Source: a virus (taxonomy: Duplodnaviria > Caudoviricetes). From it: a stretch of DNA of 52,937 nt. The notes under the pieces were generated by a model that was not told the DNA's origin, did not search any database, and saw only the letters and a list, made by a program, of their open reading frames with translations. The stretch is taken from IMG/VR virus record IMGVR_UViG_3300044840_000023, positions 1-52,937 of that record. One strand, given 5' to 3'. Of the stretch, positions 26,617 to 35,948 are shown piece after piece (the first letter of the stretch is position 1; each line of letters opens with the position of its first letter). Made by a program: the position numbers and the translations under genes.

Positions 26617-28414
26617 TGCCCGCGCCTTCCGTTAGCTGTTGTACGGCGTGTTCAAGCTGCGCCATTTGCAGCAACGCCATTTGGTTATTTTGCATCCCGC
26701 CTGCGGCTTCGACCATATTCTTAAGCGCTTGCGTGAGCTGCACGGCGACGGCACCCGTAACTTTGATTTTTTCCGTTTGTTGTTTCATCAAGTGAACGGC
26801 ACCCTGCATCTTCTCCCACGGGCTCGCCTGCGGGGCCTGCGGCTGCGCTACCAGCTTTTCGGGGTCCGGCAGCCGCATGATTTGGGCGAAGCGCAGACAA
26901 GCCTCTTGCACGTTGAACGTCGGGGCCTTGCTGCCGAGTTCAACCATTTGCAGATACAGGCCGGCCAGGGCGCTGCGCTGCATTTCGGTTGCTAGTTCCG
27001 GGTCCGCGGTCACGGCAATGCCGCTACCATCGGACGCCGTCAGCCCCTCGGGCAGCATGTCGTAAGCATCCGCCATCGCAACGAACATGCGAAATTCTTG
27101 CGTCATGGACGCGACAAGGCGGCGGTGTACGGCCGATTGAACCTGCGAGCCGGTATCGATGATGCCCTTTGCCAGCGTCGCCGTCATGGACGCGGGCGCG
27201 TTCTCCATAAGGTTCAACGTGCCGGCCAGGCGGTCGCCTAGCGTCATTAGCTGTGTGAGGACTTGGACGGAGCCCGACGAAACCGACTTGGCCGGGAACG
27301 GCTGGAAATGATCGGACAGCTTCGCGCCGTCCGTTGGGATGGTCGTGATCCGGTTGCCCTTCAGCTCGATCTTGTCGGGCAGGCCAAAGCCGCCACCGGA
27401 CAGGATACCGCCGTTCTGCGCTTCGCTCTTTGCGGTGTCTACAATTGAGCCTAGCAGGTTGTCGGCCGCGTCTTCCATGCGGTCAAGCAACTTACCAAAG
27501 CCGATCGGGAAGAAGCCGCCCTTGGGGTCCGGTAGCATGCGGTAGGGGTAGAAACGGCGTATCGGGTTGAAAAACAGTTCGCTGTCGTTATCCACAACAG
27601 TTTTCTTCGACCAACGCGGCCGTATCCGGACGACTTCGGCATGGTCGTCCAGCGATATAACTAGGGTCCACGGTTCATCTATCGTGTCGCCGTCAAGGTC
27701 CAGCCACGCGTCACATTCATAAAATTTCTTGGGGGCCTGCGGGTCCGCGTCGTCGTACCGCGGATCGTAATCAATCCACTTGCCGCGGGAAATGGTGCGG
27801 TCGATTTCGTACGGGTAGCGTTCAAACTCATGCGTAATGCGGGGCGCACGCTCAACTGACCGTACGTTGGCGTTGATGATAACCTTGTTGCCGCCCACGC
27901 TCGGAACGAAAGACGAGTGGAACACACGTTCATCGTCGTCAAAGTCTCGCTTGCGCCATGCCAGGCCGGTTACGGCCATGTGCATAACCATCGGGTCGGT
28001 GTCCAACGTCCAATGGGGATCTTTCGTACGGAGCTGACTGGATACCCAAGACGCCAGCGGCTCGCCGCCGGGCTCGCTGGCGCGGGCCAAGTCCGGCTCG
28101 CCTAGCAGGGCATCGGTAGCGCGGGCGGAAAACTGGATAACGGCCGAAAGCGTCATTTCGGTCGCGGGCGGTGCTTCTTCGTCGGCGCCCTCTTGTTCGC
28201 GGTCCTGCGGGTGCGGGTTGCCTTCCTTTTCGGCCTTGTCGAGATAGCCCTCGGCCCTCCCCGCCCATTCGCTCATTGAATTTTCATCAATGCGAATAAG
28301 CTCCGTTAAGTCGCTTGCGAGCGTGCGGCGTTCCGATTGGTCCAGCTTTTCGGCAAGGTTGCCGAAGCTTTCGGGCTTCTTCAAGTCGATTTTGAGTACC
28401 GGAAGTTCGCGCAT
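26480..28414 (-). CDS. Portal protein
   Basis: About 645 aa; P22-like portal features (YECDAWLDLDGD, GGFFPIGFG, Gln-rich tail); AAGGGG RBS. Confidence 0.85.
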   Translation of the reverse strand: MRELPVLKIDLKKPESFGNLAEKLDQSERRTLASDLTELIRIDENSMSEWAGRAEGYLDKAEKEGNPHPQDREQEGADEEAPPATEMTLSAVIQFSARATDALLGEPDLARASEPGGEPLASWVSSQLRTKDPHWTLDTDPMVMHMAVTGLAWRKRDFDDDERVFHSSFVPSVGGNKVIINANVRSVERAPRITHEFERYPYEIDRTISRGKWIDYDPRYDDADPQAPKKFYECDAWLDLDGDTIDEPWTLVISLDDHAEVVRIRPRWSKKTVVDNDSELFFNPIRRFYPYRMLPDPKGGFFPIGFGKLLDRMEDAADNLLGSIVDTAKSEAQNGGILSGGGFGLPDKIELKGNRITTIPTDGAKLSDHFQPFPAKSVSSGSVQVLTQLMTLGDRLAGTLNLMENAPASMTATLAKGIIDTGSQVQSAVHRRLVASMTQEFRMFVAMADAYDMLPEGLTASDGSGIAVTADPELATEMQRSALAGLYLQMVELGSKAPTFNVQEACLRFAQIMRLPDPEKLVAQPQAPQASPWEKMQGAVHLMKQQTEKIKVTGAVAVQLTQALKNMVEAAGGMQNNQMALLQMAQLEHAVQQLTEGAGNVGTGLDGMAQQPGNGGPPGAGAPPQGGNGPDLSGGGAGGPGAAG

Positions 28415-28419
28415 GGTGC

Positions 28420-28515
28420 CCCTTGTATGACATTCCCTAGTGTATGACAAGAGGCTATCGTACCATGAATTGACGGTTGTCGCGAATTTGTGCTATTTGT
28501 GACGACATTCGAATA
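28420..28515. promoter_or_regulatory. Divergent portal/MCP control region with two TGTATGACA boxes
   Basis: ttgtatgacattccctagtgtatgacaag; TTGACG at 28470; CATTCG. Confidence 0.6.
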
Positions 28516-28550
28516 GCCGGCTTGTGCCGGGAAATCAGAAAGGGCTACCC

Positions 28551-29483
28551 GTGCAAGTCATCGACCGCAGCTTACAGCCTTCGCAGTACTGGCCGGGGTT
28601 GTACGCCCTGTTCGGTATGGACTATGAACGGCTCGCGCCGATCTATACGCAGTTCTTTGACAGCAAGCCGTCAGAGAAGGCGTTTGAGGAGTTCATGACG
28701 GAACGCGCCGGCCTCGGGCTCGCCGTTCAACAGCCGGAACTTGAGCCGGTCCAGTTCGATATCCCGAACGAAGGCTATCGCACGCAAGTCACTCATGCGT
28801 CGTACGGGCTCGCCGTCGCGATATCCCGCGAAGCCAAAGACGACAATCTGTATGAAGACGTTGGCTCGCGCATGATGAAAGAGCTGGCGTTTTCGGCTCG
28901 GCAGACGGAGGAGTACATTGCGCACGCTCCGCTACAGGTTGCCACCGATGCCGTCAACGGCCTCCGCGCAGATGGCGTGCCGCTGATTTCTCCGAACCAC
29001 CCGACCGCAACCGGCGTGCAGTCAAACCAGCTCATTGCCGCCAACGTGTCGGAGTTGGCCTTTGAAAACGCGGTTATTCAGATTTCGTACACCCGCAACG
29101 GCCGCGGCTTCATTATCAACATGCTGCCGAAGCGCGTCATCCTATCCCCGGAAAGCGGCCCGGAAACCCGTCGTATCCTCGGGTCGCCGCTGCAGTGGAA
29201 TGCGCAGACGAACAACATCAACGTGCTGCGATCAACCGGCGCCCTGCCGGAAGTGGTCGAAACTCCGTACCTGGTCGATAAGGATAACTATTTCATCCAG
29301 ACGACCGAGCAGGACAAAGACAACGGCCAAGGCTTCACGTTTTGGGAGCGCTCGCAGCTCGAAACCCGCGAGGATAGCAACTGGAGCAACCAGGCCAGCT
29401 TGATCGCAATTTGGATGCGTTGCGCGGCTTCAATCGTGGATTTCCGCGTCACGTACGGCTCGCCCGGCGCAGACGGCTCATAG
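28551..29483 (+). CDS. Major capsid protein (Mu gpT-like HK97 fold)
   Basis: PGLYALFGMDY..SEKAFEE..ISREAKDDNLY..DGVPLISPNHP..NNINVL..YGSPG; GAAAGGG RBS before GTG 28551. Confidence 0.9.
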   Translation: MQVIDRSLQPSQYWPGLYALFGMDYERLAPIYTQFFDSKPSEKAFEEFMTERAGLGLAVQQPELEPVQFDIPNEGYRTQVTHASYGLAVAISREAKDDNLYEDVGSRMMKELAFSARQTEEYIAHAPLQVATDAVNGLRADGVPLISPNHPTATGVQSNQLIAANVSELAFENAVIQISYTRNGRGFIINMLPKRVILSPESGPETRRILGSPLQWNAQTNNINVLRSTGALPEVVETPYLVDKDNYFIQTTEQDKDNGQGFTFWERSQLETREDSNWSNQASLIAIWMRCAASIVDFRVTYGSPGADGS

Positions 29484-29512
29484 TAGACAGCCCCGCGGGG
29501 CTGTGCTACGCA

Positions 29513-29579
29513 TTCGTTACTGCCGTAGTTTCCTCCCTAGACTTAACGGCCCCCGGGTTCACGCTCGGGGCCGTTTTTT
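29513..29579 (+). ncRNA. Candidate small RNA with an anti-Shine-Dalgarno stretch
   Basis: TAGACA-17-TACGCA promoter (29484-29512), then TTTCCTCCCT, a GC hairpin and a T-run. Confidence 0.4.
29545..29579 (+). terminator. Intrinsic terminator after MCP
   Basis: aacggcccccggg-ttcacg-ctcggggccgtt followed by tttt. Confidence 0.8.
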
Positions 29580-30480
29580 ATGCCGCCACTTTCGCCATCG
29601 GGGGCAGATGGTCCGGCGGCGCTGGCAGTTCAAGCCCGGGTGCAAGGCGGGCATTGCTCGGGCGTCGGAAATCAATCACCGACAGCAACGCCCTCCCCGC
29701 GTCTTCTGCTTTCGGTCGCGGTCCCACGGCTCGGGCCGCCATGTCTATGCGCGGCCAGCCCAATTCAACTAGCCGCTTTGTGTGCTTGCGCAGCTCCGGG
29801 TAGTTGTGAAGAAGCCACACAAAGCCGAGCGTCACATGCTCAGTCACCAGGGCGTTAGGCGGCGCCAGCTCGGAAATTATCCCGAGTGCTTCGCTCAACT
29901 GTTCCGGCGGTACGGGTGTGGCGCGTTTGGCGTAGCTCGGGCTGCCGTGCCCGAACAAAGATTTCAGCGCGGCGATGCAAGCAATCTTCGGAACGCTAAA
30001 TTCCTGCCGCGACGTGTTGGCGTCTACGATGGCGAGCCCCGCGTCTTGCACCAGTTGATTTAGCGCCTTTGCTTGCTCGTCGCCGGCCGCGACTTCCGCC
30101 ATAAATAGCATGCCCTGCGGAACTTTTCGGATGCGAGTATTGCACGCAAGAAAAATTTCAATCTCTCGTTTGCGGTCGTGAACGTTGTAAATATCACACG
30201 GCACCAACATTTGTTGGGCTCGCTTTGCGCCTTCTAAACGGTGGCGACCGTCCACAACATACAGGGTTCCGTTTTCTCTCCGTACGACGCGGAGCCTTCC
30301 GAAAACTGTCAAATCAAAAGCTTTTCCGATTTCCCTTATTAAACGCGGGTTGCGCGGCACTGTTGCCTGGTACGTCGCGTCAACATTTAGTAGGTCCACC
30401 GGAACGTCGGCGGGTTCGGGCCTACCGTCCATCACAGTTATTTTATTTGTCTCCCATGGAAATTGGATAGCGGTACGCAT
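29578..30480 (-). CDS. ParB-N-like (DUF6551-type) protein
   Basis: LNVDATYQ..FGRLRVVRR.NG.LYVVDGRHR motif. Confidence 0.75.
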   Translation of the reverse strand: MRTAIQFPWETNKITVMDGRPEPADVPVDLLNVDATYQATVPRNPRLIREIGKAFDLTVFGRLRVVRRENGTLYVVDGRHRLEGAKRAQQMLVPCDIYNVHDRKREIEIFLACNTRIRKVPQGMLFMAEVAAGDEQAKALNQLVQDAGLAIVDANTSRQEFSVPKIACIAALKSLFGHGSPSYAKRATPVPPEQLSEALGIISELAPPNALVTEHVTLGFVWLLHNYPELRKHTKRLVELGWPRIDMAARAVGPRPKAEDAGRALLSVIDFRRPSNARLAPGLELPAPPDHLPPMAKVAA

Positions 30481-30524
30481 GTGTACACCTCCTTAAATTC
30501 TATTTTAGTTGCCCCGTGTACATA

Positions 30525-30625
30525 CAATTACGCATCAATGTTAAATGAGTCAACGTTTTATGTGTGGACAATACCGCACACCCTTGACTTGCATAATTTT
30601 GCCGCATACTGGTATGCATTCGCGT
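30525..30625. promoter_or_regulatory. Divergent promoters
   Basis: Plus strand TTGACT-17-TACTGG (30584); minus strand TTGACT-17-TAATTG (30553); AT-rich. Confidence 0.55.
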
Positions 30626-30648
30626 CGTGCGGCGACCGGGAGAGCAGA

Positions 30649-30903
30649 ATGCAAGGATATCTTTGGGCTAAAACGCCCCAACAAGAGCTATTCATCGTTC
30701 TAGTGGTGGACGGAAAGGGCTATGTTCCGGGGGTCGAGAATGCTATAGACTTGTTCCAAATCGAATTTTTGGAACCCGTCCAGTGGCCCAGCACACTCCA
30801 AAACCGAAATTCGGTCCCGCCGAAACCTGGGGCGCTTGCTCCAGGTGCAATGCACGTGTGCGGTACACCACCCTACGTCGCGAACGTCTTACTGGCCTTC
30901 TAG
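30649..30903 (+). CDS. Hypothetical protein overlapping the next gene
   Basis: GGGAGAG RBS before ATG 30649. Confidence 0.45.
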   Translation: MQGYLWAKTPQQELFIVLVVDGKGYVPGVENAIDLFQIEFLEPVQWPSTLQNRNSVPPKPGALAPGAMHVCGTPPYVANVLLAF

Positions 30904-31367
30904 TCTGTAGCGACGCCTCGGGGCGCTCTGTCCGGCCTTGCTTTGACCCGTGGCCGGAAGTGTACGACTTTCAAGCCTTTACGGACAAATCGATTGAGCC
31001 GCCGCCGGAACCTCTCCCGCTGCGCTACAATCTCGACAATATATGGGGCAACGGGCCAGCGCACGGCACGACGACCACCTTTGCCAACGCCCCCGCGCCT
31101 GCGCCGGACGACGCAACCCGGCTGCAAAACCTGCTTACATCGGTTCCGTATTACGCCCAACTAGGCAGGACGGCCGCATTTGTCGGGCCGCGCGCCACGC
31201 TGTCGGCCGAAGTTTTCAACCTGACAACCATCGTCCCGCAGAACTACGACGGGACTTTCTTGCCGTCCAATTCCGTGCGGACGGTCCTGCCGCCCGACGA
31301 AGGCGCGGAGCTGGCGGGCGTCGAAACTGTCTCGGGCTATCCGTGGTCCGTGGTCAAGGGGGTCTAA
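30783..31367 (+). CDS. Cys-motif head-completion-region protein
   Basis: ACSRC...RERLTGLLVC...CFDP motif; directly upstream of the gp4-like gene. Confidence 0.65.
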   Translation: MAQHTPKPKFGPAETWGACSRCNARVRYTTLRRERLTGLLVCSDASGRSVRPCFDPWPEVYDFQAFTDKSIEPPPEPLPLRYNLDNIWGNGPAHGTTTTFANAPAPAPDDATRLQNLLTSVPYYAQLGRTAAFVGPRATLSAEVFNLTTIVPQNYDGTFLPSNSVRTVLPPDEGAELAGVETVSGYPWSVVKGV

Positions 31368-32051
31368 GTGACGACAGCGGCAACCATTATTACGAATGCC
31401 ATGCGTCTGTTCAAAATCATTGACCAGACGGAAAGCCCACAGCCCGCCGACATCACGAACAACGTTCCGATATTGAACGACTTGCTGCGCCAGGAGCAAG
31501 CGGACGGCGCAGTCCAGTACCTCATGAACCAAGTTTCGGTGACACTACCGCCGGGCGTCACGGGAAACTTTTACACGTTCATGATCGGCAATGCGTCGCC
31601 GTCGTACCTGGTGCAACTGGACGCGGTTGCGGTCAAACAAATTTGGATGAACGATATAAATCTGACCGTCAACCGCGAAACCCGCGCAGCTCCGAAAGCC
31701 GATGTTGTACGAACGACGTATCCGGGCATCATTACGAAATGGCATCAAGAGCGCCAGGTTGACGGCTCGATAAAGGTCTACGCGTGGCAGCCGCCGCGTG
31801 CGCCGTCGCTAGCCTTGATTGAGTACGGCGGACGCTTGCCGCTTATCAGCAACCCCGCCGGCACGGATGTCGTCGCCCTGCCCCCGGAAGGTATACACGA
31901 CGCCACGCTGCTACTCGGGCGGCGCATCTATAGTTCGTACGGCGTCACGCTGCAGCCTACTGACGTAATCGTGCAAGACAGCGAACGCGTCAACGCGAGA
32001 TGGCGGGAGTGGGCGCGCGGGCAGCAATGGTTGCGGATGGTGCGGTCATGA
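31368..32051 (+). CDS. Head-tail adaptor (P22 gp4-like)
   Basis: TAATIITNAMRLFKII..ESP....LNDLL N-terminus. Confidence 0.7.
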   Translation: MTTAATIITNAMRLFKIIDQTESPQPADITNNVPILNDLLRQEQADGAVQYLMNQVSVTLPPGVTGNFYTFMIGNASPSYLVQLDAVAVKQIWMNDINLTVNRETRAAPKADVVRTTYPGIITKWHQERQVDGSIKVYAWQPPRAPSLALIEYGGRLPLISNPAGTDVVALPPEGIHDATLLLGRRIYSSYGVTLQPTDVIVQDSERVNARWREWARGQQWLRMVRS

Positions 32052-32191
32052 AGCCACCAAAGAAGCGCCCGGGGTTTCGGTGGGAGCGTCGCGAAGGTTG
32101 CGAATGCAAGTCTTGCCCGTGGAAGGGTAATTGCTTGGGCGAGACGCGGCACCACTGGCGCGAGGTGAAAGAAGACAATGCCGAACATTGA
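32048..32191 (+). CDS. Small Cys-rich basic peptide
   Basis: ATGA-coupled MKPPKKR..CECKSCPWKGNC; fills the gap between gp4-like and gp10-like genes. Confidence 0.35.
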   Translation: MKPPKKRPGFRWERREGCECKSCPWKGNCLGETRHHWREVKEDNAEH

Positions 32192-33698
32192 TATCCTCGG
32201 CACGTATCAAGACCCGCTCAATCTGGACCAAGGCGCCGGGAAGCTAGTCAATGTGCGGATTGTGCCGCGCGAAGCGAAGGAAGGCAAGCCGTCCAAGGTC
32301 CGCTTCGTCGGCGCCCCCGGGCTCACGCAAGTTTGCAAGCCGGCTTCGTCGCCGTGCATCGCCATCCTACACGCGCAGGAAACCATATGGAGCGCGCACG
32401 CCAACGGCCAGATATATTCAGGCGTCGAAACTGCCACGCCAACGCTACGGGGCTCGGTTGCCGTCAATCCGACACAGCCGGTAATCCGGCTCGCCGAAGA
32501 CCGTACCGCGCTTTGCATCGCATCCAACGGTAACACGCTTAACCCTACGGTCCCGCCCCTAGCCGGAACGGGATACACGGCCACGCTGGCCGCGGGCGTC
32601 GTCAACGCGGGCTTTGACGCGTCGATCAACTTCGATCCGTCCGCCGTCGCGGAATTGAACAACATTACGGTTTGGTCCGCGTCGTCTAACTTCTATGCAA
32701 GCCAAGACGCCAAGATGTACAGCTCTAACCCGCTGGCGCCCGCGACCGTGCTTGCGAACAGCTTTGCAACGAAAGAAGCGCGGGCGGACAAGGTTGTCGA
32801 TCTGGCGGTGTCCGGCCTGGTCTTGTGGCCGCTCGGGTCGCGGTCGCTGGAACAGTGGTACGCGCCTAGCGGCGGGAGTACCGATTTCGCGTTCACCGCC
32901 TACCCGAACTCGCTCTATTCCGTGGGGCTCGCCGCGCGGCTGTCGCTGGCCGTGCTCCGCGATATAATCATGTTCGTTGCCACCGATCGCCGCATATGGC
33001 TTTGCATGGGGCAGAGCGGGCAAGCGATATCACCGGCATGGGTTGACTTGCTGTTGCAACAGCTCACGGCCGCGCAGCTCGCAACGCTCACGGCGTACGC
33101 CTACGGCCAGGGCGGCAGCGATTTTTATGTGCTCACGATGCCCGGCCTTTGGACCATTGAATTTGCAGGTTCAACGGGGAGCTGGTCCTATCGTCAGTCA
33201 CCAGGCGGCCGTCTGGACCACGCCGGGCGCTGCGCTACGGAGCATGACGGCGGCGTTACCTTCGTTGGGCTCGATACCGGCGAAGTCTGTACGCTCAACA
33301 TCAACAGCGCAACGGAGCCCGCCGGCACGCTGTCCCGCACGATGATAACGCCTTGGGTTGGCGGTGCCGCGGGCTCGCTCTTGAGCGCAGGAACGAACGG
33401 CGAAGAAACCCGGCAGACGTTTAATGCCCTCGATATCACGTCATCCATGGGACCGCAGGCGGGGAATTTCCAACTCGATTGGAGCGAAACAACCGACGTG
33501 ACCGTTAGCGGCGTCGTGGTGTCAAACCGCGTGTGGCGGGGCGCCCGTCAAATCCAAATGCCGCAGCCGGGGGCGCATCGTGCGATCGGCCGCCAGTTTG
33601 GCACGGGGCGCCGTCGTCAATTCCGCTTGCAGTACGGCGGCTCGCAATCGCCGTTCGCGATAGACGAGTTTTTCGCGAACATCACACCCGGGTCGTGA
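32178..33698 (+). CDS. Packaged-DNA stabilisation/tail hub protein (P22 gp10-like)
   Basis: PGL..., SFATKEARAD.VV, GSRSLEQW, YGQGGSDFYVL and C-terminal RQFG..RRRQFRL motifs. Confidence 0.8.
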   Translation: MPNIDILGTYQDPLNLDQGAGKLVNVRIVPREAKEGKPSKVRFVGAPGLTQVCKPASSPCIAILHAQETIWSAHANGQIYSGVETATPTLRGSVAVNPTQPVIRLAEDRTALCIASNGNTLNPTVPPLAGTGYTATLAAGVVNAGFDASINFDPSAVAELNNITVWSASSNFYASQDAKMYSSNPLAPATVLANSFATKEARADKVVDLAVSGLVLWPLGSRSLEQWYAPSGGSTDFAFTAYPNSLYSVGLAARLSLAVLRDIIMFVATDRRIWLCMGQSGQAISPAWVDLLLQQLTAAQLATLTAYAYGQGGSDFYVLTMPGLWTIEFAGSTGSWSYRQSPGGRLDHAGRCATEHDGGVTFVGLDTGEVCTLNINSATEPAGTLSRTMITPWVGGAAGSLLSAGTNGEETRQTFNALDITSSMGPQAGNFQLDWSETTDVTVSGVVVSNRVWRGARQIQMPQPGAHRAIGRQFGTGRRRQFRLQYGGSQSPFAIDEFFANITPGS

Positions 33699-33924
33699 AA
33701 ATGAAATCCCGCGCGTTTCGGTTGATTGAGCCCTTCCACGTCCGAAGGTCTTCTTTGGCTCGCTTCGTTATCGGGGTGCCTTGTTCGTACACCGCCATGA
33801 TAGGGCGGTCGAAATGCGCCAAATGGGCGATTAGCTTTGTGCGGCTGTTGCTGTCGAAAGTCTGCAACTTATGGGAACCGTCAACCGCTTCGTATTGTAT
33901 GGTATACATGATGCGAATGCCCAT
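33682..33924 (-). CDS. Hypothetical protein with its own promoter, within the tail genes
   Basis: Preceded by TTGACT-17-TACTTA containing an ATCCCTAGAGAC operator variant. Confidence 0.6.
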   Translation of the reverse strand: MGIRIMYTIQYEAVDGSHKLQTFDSNSRTKLIAHLAHFDRPIMAVYEQGTPITKRAKEDLRTWKGSINRNARDFIFTTRV

Positions 33925-33940
33925 GGTTAATTCGTACGGT

Positions 33941-33969
33941 TAAGTACAACGTCTCTAGGGATAAGTCAA
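33941..33969 (-). promoter_or_regulatory. Promoter/operator copy
   Basis: TTGACT tatccctagagacgttg TACTTA. Confidence 0.6.
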
Positions 33970-33973
33970 CACC

Positions 33974-34720
33974 ATGGCCGTAAAATTCCCGCCGCCGCCG
34001 TACCTGACGACGCAAAACCCCGATACACAACGGCTAAATCGGTGGCTGCTGGAAATTCAGTCAATTCTTAACTCGGATGGCACCGTTGACATAGGCATCA
34101 GCCCGACTTTGCTAGGCGTCCCCACGGCGTCCACGGCCGCCCCCGGCACCAATACGGCGCAGCTCGCCACAACGGCCTTTGTGCTTGCCAACTCGGGCGG
34201 CGTGCCGTCTACCACCGTGCCCCTTGTGGACGCCACCCCGGGGCTGGTCGGAACGTCCACGCATTTCGCCAGGGCCGACCATGTTCACCCCACCGATACC
34301 AGCCGGGCGCCGCTGGCCTCGCCAGTGCTAACCGGCACGCCGAAGGCCCCCACGCCTACGCTCGGGGATAACAGCACAGACATTGCCACGACGGCGTTTG
34401 TGCAATCCGCGGTTGGCAGCGCCGGCGGTCACGGCGTCGCCGTGGCGTGGGCGTATCTCACTCAAACCGGCGGCACCTACACGCTGGCGGCGTCGTTCGC
34501 AGTCTCGGGCTTCACGAAGACATCAACGGGCATCGTCAACGTCACGCTTTCGGTCCCGATGGCTTCGACTAACTTCGCCGCTGTCGCGATGCCGAACCAA
34601 GCGCCACTATCCATTTCCGAAGTTTTGGGAAGCCGGACGACCACAAACGTTCGCCTCGAAATAGTCAACTCGGCGGGCACGCCTACGGACGGCGGATTTA
34701 GCGTCGTGTTGTTCGCCTAG
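33974..34720 (+). CDS. Tail needle/fibre protein
   Basis: Position after the gp10-like gene; shares DHVHPTD..RAPLASP..TG.P.APT..GDN.T.IATTAFV with 18236. Confidence 0.7.
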   Translation: MAVKFPPPPYLTTQNPDTQRLNRWLLEIQSILNSDGTVDIGISPTLLGVPTASTAAPGTNTAQLATTAFVLANSGGVPSTTVPLVDATPGLVGTSTHFARADHVHPTDTSRAPLASPVLTGTPKAPTPTLGDNSTDIATTAFVQSAVGSAGGHGVAVAWAYLTQTGGTYTLAASFAVSGFTKTSTGIVNVTLSVPMASTNFAAVAMPNQAPLSISEVLGSRTTTNVRLEIVNSAGTPTDGGFSVVLFA

Positions 34721-35103
34721 AACAACACCAGCGCGTTGACAATGCTTTGGAACTCCGCGAGCGTGCGTACGACGTGGTACGCATTGCCGGCGGCTTCCCA
34801 CTGCCGTTGGAATTTTTCCTGGTCCGCGCGTTGCTTGCCCTTGTCGTCTTTGTTTTCAATGGCGATCGACCGGCCGGGCCGGAACACCAGCCAATCGGCC
34901 ACGCCGGGGCGCACCCCCATGCGCTTGAAGTGCATCGCGGCGCCGATACTGCCCTTGCGCTCGTTGGCGACGTGGAAAATCAGCAACCGGGACCAAAGCC
35001 CCGTTTTGTCTAGCCACTGTTTTTGGTGCATCTGCAGGCAAGTCTCGTCGTTTTCGACGGTCTTGCGAGGCTTTCTAGCGGGCTTTTTTCGGGAGGACGC
35101 CAA
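34717..35103 (-). CDS. VRR-NUC domain nuclease
   Basis: FHVANE..GVRPGVADW..IENK..G.Q...Q..F. Confidence 0.85.
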   Translation of the reverse strand: MASSRKKPARKPRKTVENDETCLQMHQKQWLDKTGLWSRLLIFHVANERKGSIGAAMHFKRMGVRPGVADWLVFRPGRSIAIENKDDKGKQRADQEKFQRQWEAAGNAYHVVRTLAEFQSIVNALVLF

Positions 35104-35278
35104 GTTCTCGCAACCTGTCTTCCTGCGCTGTGAGCCACGTTTCTATGGCCTGCAGCATGGCTGTGGAGCGGTTCTTTACCGCCGTGTTTTCGGTGTTTCG
35201 AGCGACAAAATCCAGCCGTTCAACAGTCGCGGCCGGAACCCGGGCTGAAATCATCGTGGCTTTGCGTTCTGACGCCAT
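35075..35278 (-). CDS. Ribbon-helix-helix (Arc/CopG-like) regulator
   Basis: MISARVPAATVERLD..NRSTAMLQAIETWL; upstream TTGACA immediately followed by TTGTATGACA. Confidence 0.75.
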   Translation of the reverse strand: MASERKATMISARVPAATVERLDFVARNTENTAVKNRSTAMLQAIETWLTAQEDRLRELGVLPKKAR

Positions 35279-35327
35279 AGGTGGTATGCTTGCGCGAATT
35301 GTCATACAATGTCAAGGGGTCTAGCGA

Positions 35328-35948
35328 ATGTCAGGGTTTGGCGCCGGCCTCGGGCAAGTCATCGGCAGCGGCATGGCGTCCGGCGCCATTACGGCCGGCC
35401 AAGGTGCAGTCAACAACAACGTTGGCGGTGTCGAGCAACAGACGGCGCCGTTTGTCGGCTTCGGGCAAGGCCAAATCCCTAACGCGGGCCAGGCCATCAC
35501 TAACATAGCGGGCACCGCCGGCACCGCGGAGGGCTACAATCAATTTATTAGCAGCTATCAGAACACGCCGGCCGCCAAGTATCAGATGCAGCAAGCGGAC
35601 GCTGTACAGAATAGCAGCGCCGCAGCCAAAGGCGATGTACTCTCGGGCGCCAACGAGCGAGCCCTTGGAACCATCAACGAAGGCATTGGGGCGCAGAACG
35701 CAAACACGGCGTATGACGAGTATCTGAAGGGCAATAACCAGAACTTCGGCCAGCTCGAAAGCTCGCTCGGCAACATGTTCAACGCGATCGGCGTCGGCAC
35801 CACGGGCACCGGCCAGGACGTGAGCGCCGTCAACGGCCAGAACACAGCAACGGCCGCGTTGACCGGGCAGCAAGCGCAGGCGCAAACCGCCAAGGGCAAC
35901 GGCATCGGGTCCATATTTGGCAGCCTCATGCCAAAAGTATCGGTCTAA
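35328..35948 (+). CDS. DNA ejection/transfer protein (P22 gp7-like)
   Basis: APFVGFG, NTPAAKYQMQQ and QNSSAAAKG.LSGA motifs; Gly/Gln/Asn-rich. Confidence 0.75.
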   Translation: MSGFGAGLGQVIGSGMASGAITAGQGAVNNNVGGVEQQTAPFVGFGQGQIPNAGQAITNIAGTAGTAEGYNQFISSYQNTPAAKYQMQQADAVQNSSAAAKGDVLSGANERALGTINEGIGAQNANTAYDEYLKGNNQNFGQLESSLGNMFNAIGVGTTGTGQDVSAVNGQNTATAALTGQQAQAQTAKGNGIGSIFGSLMPKVSV

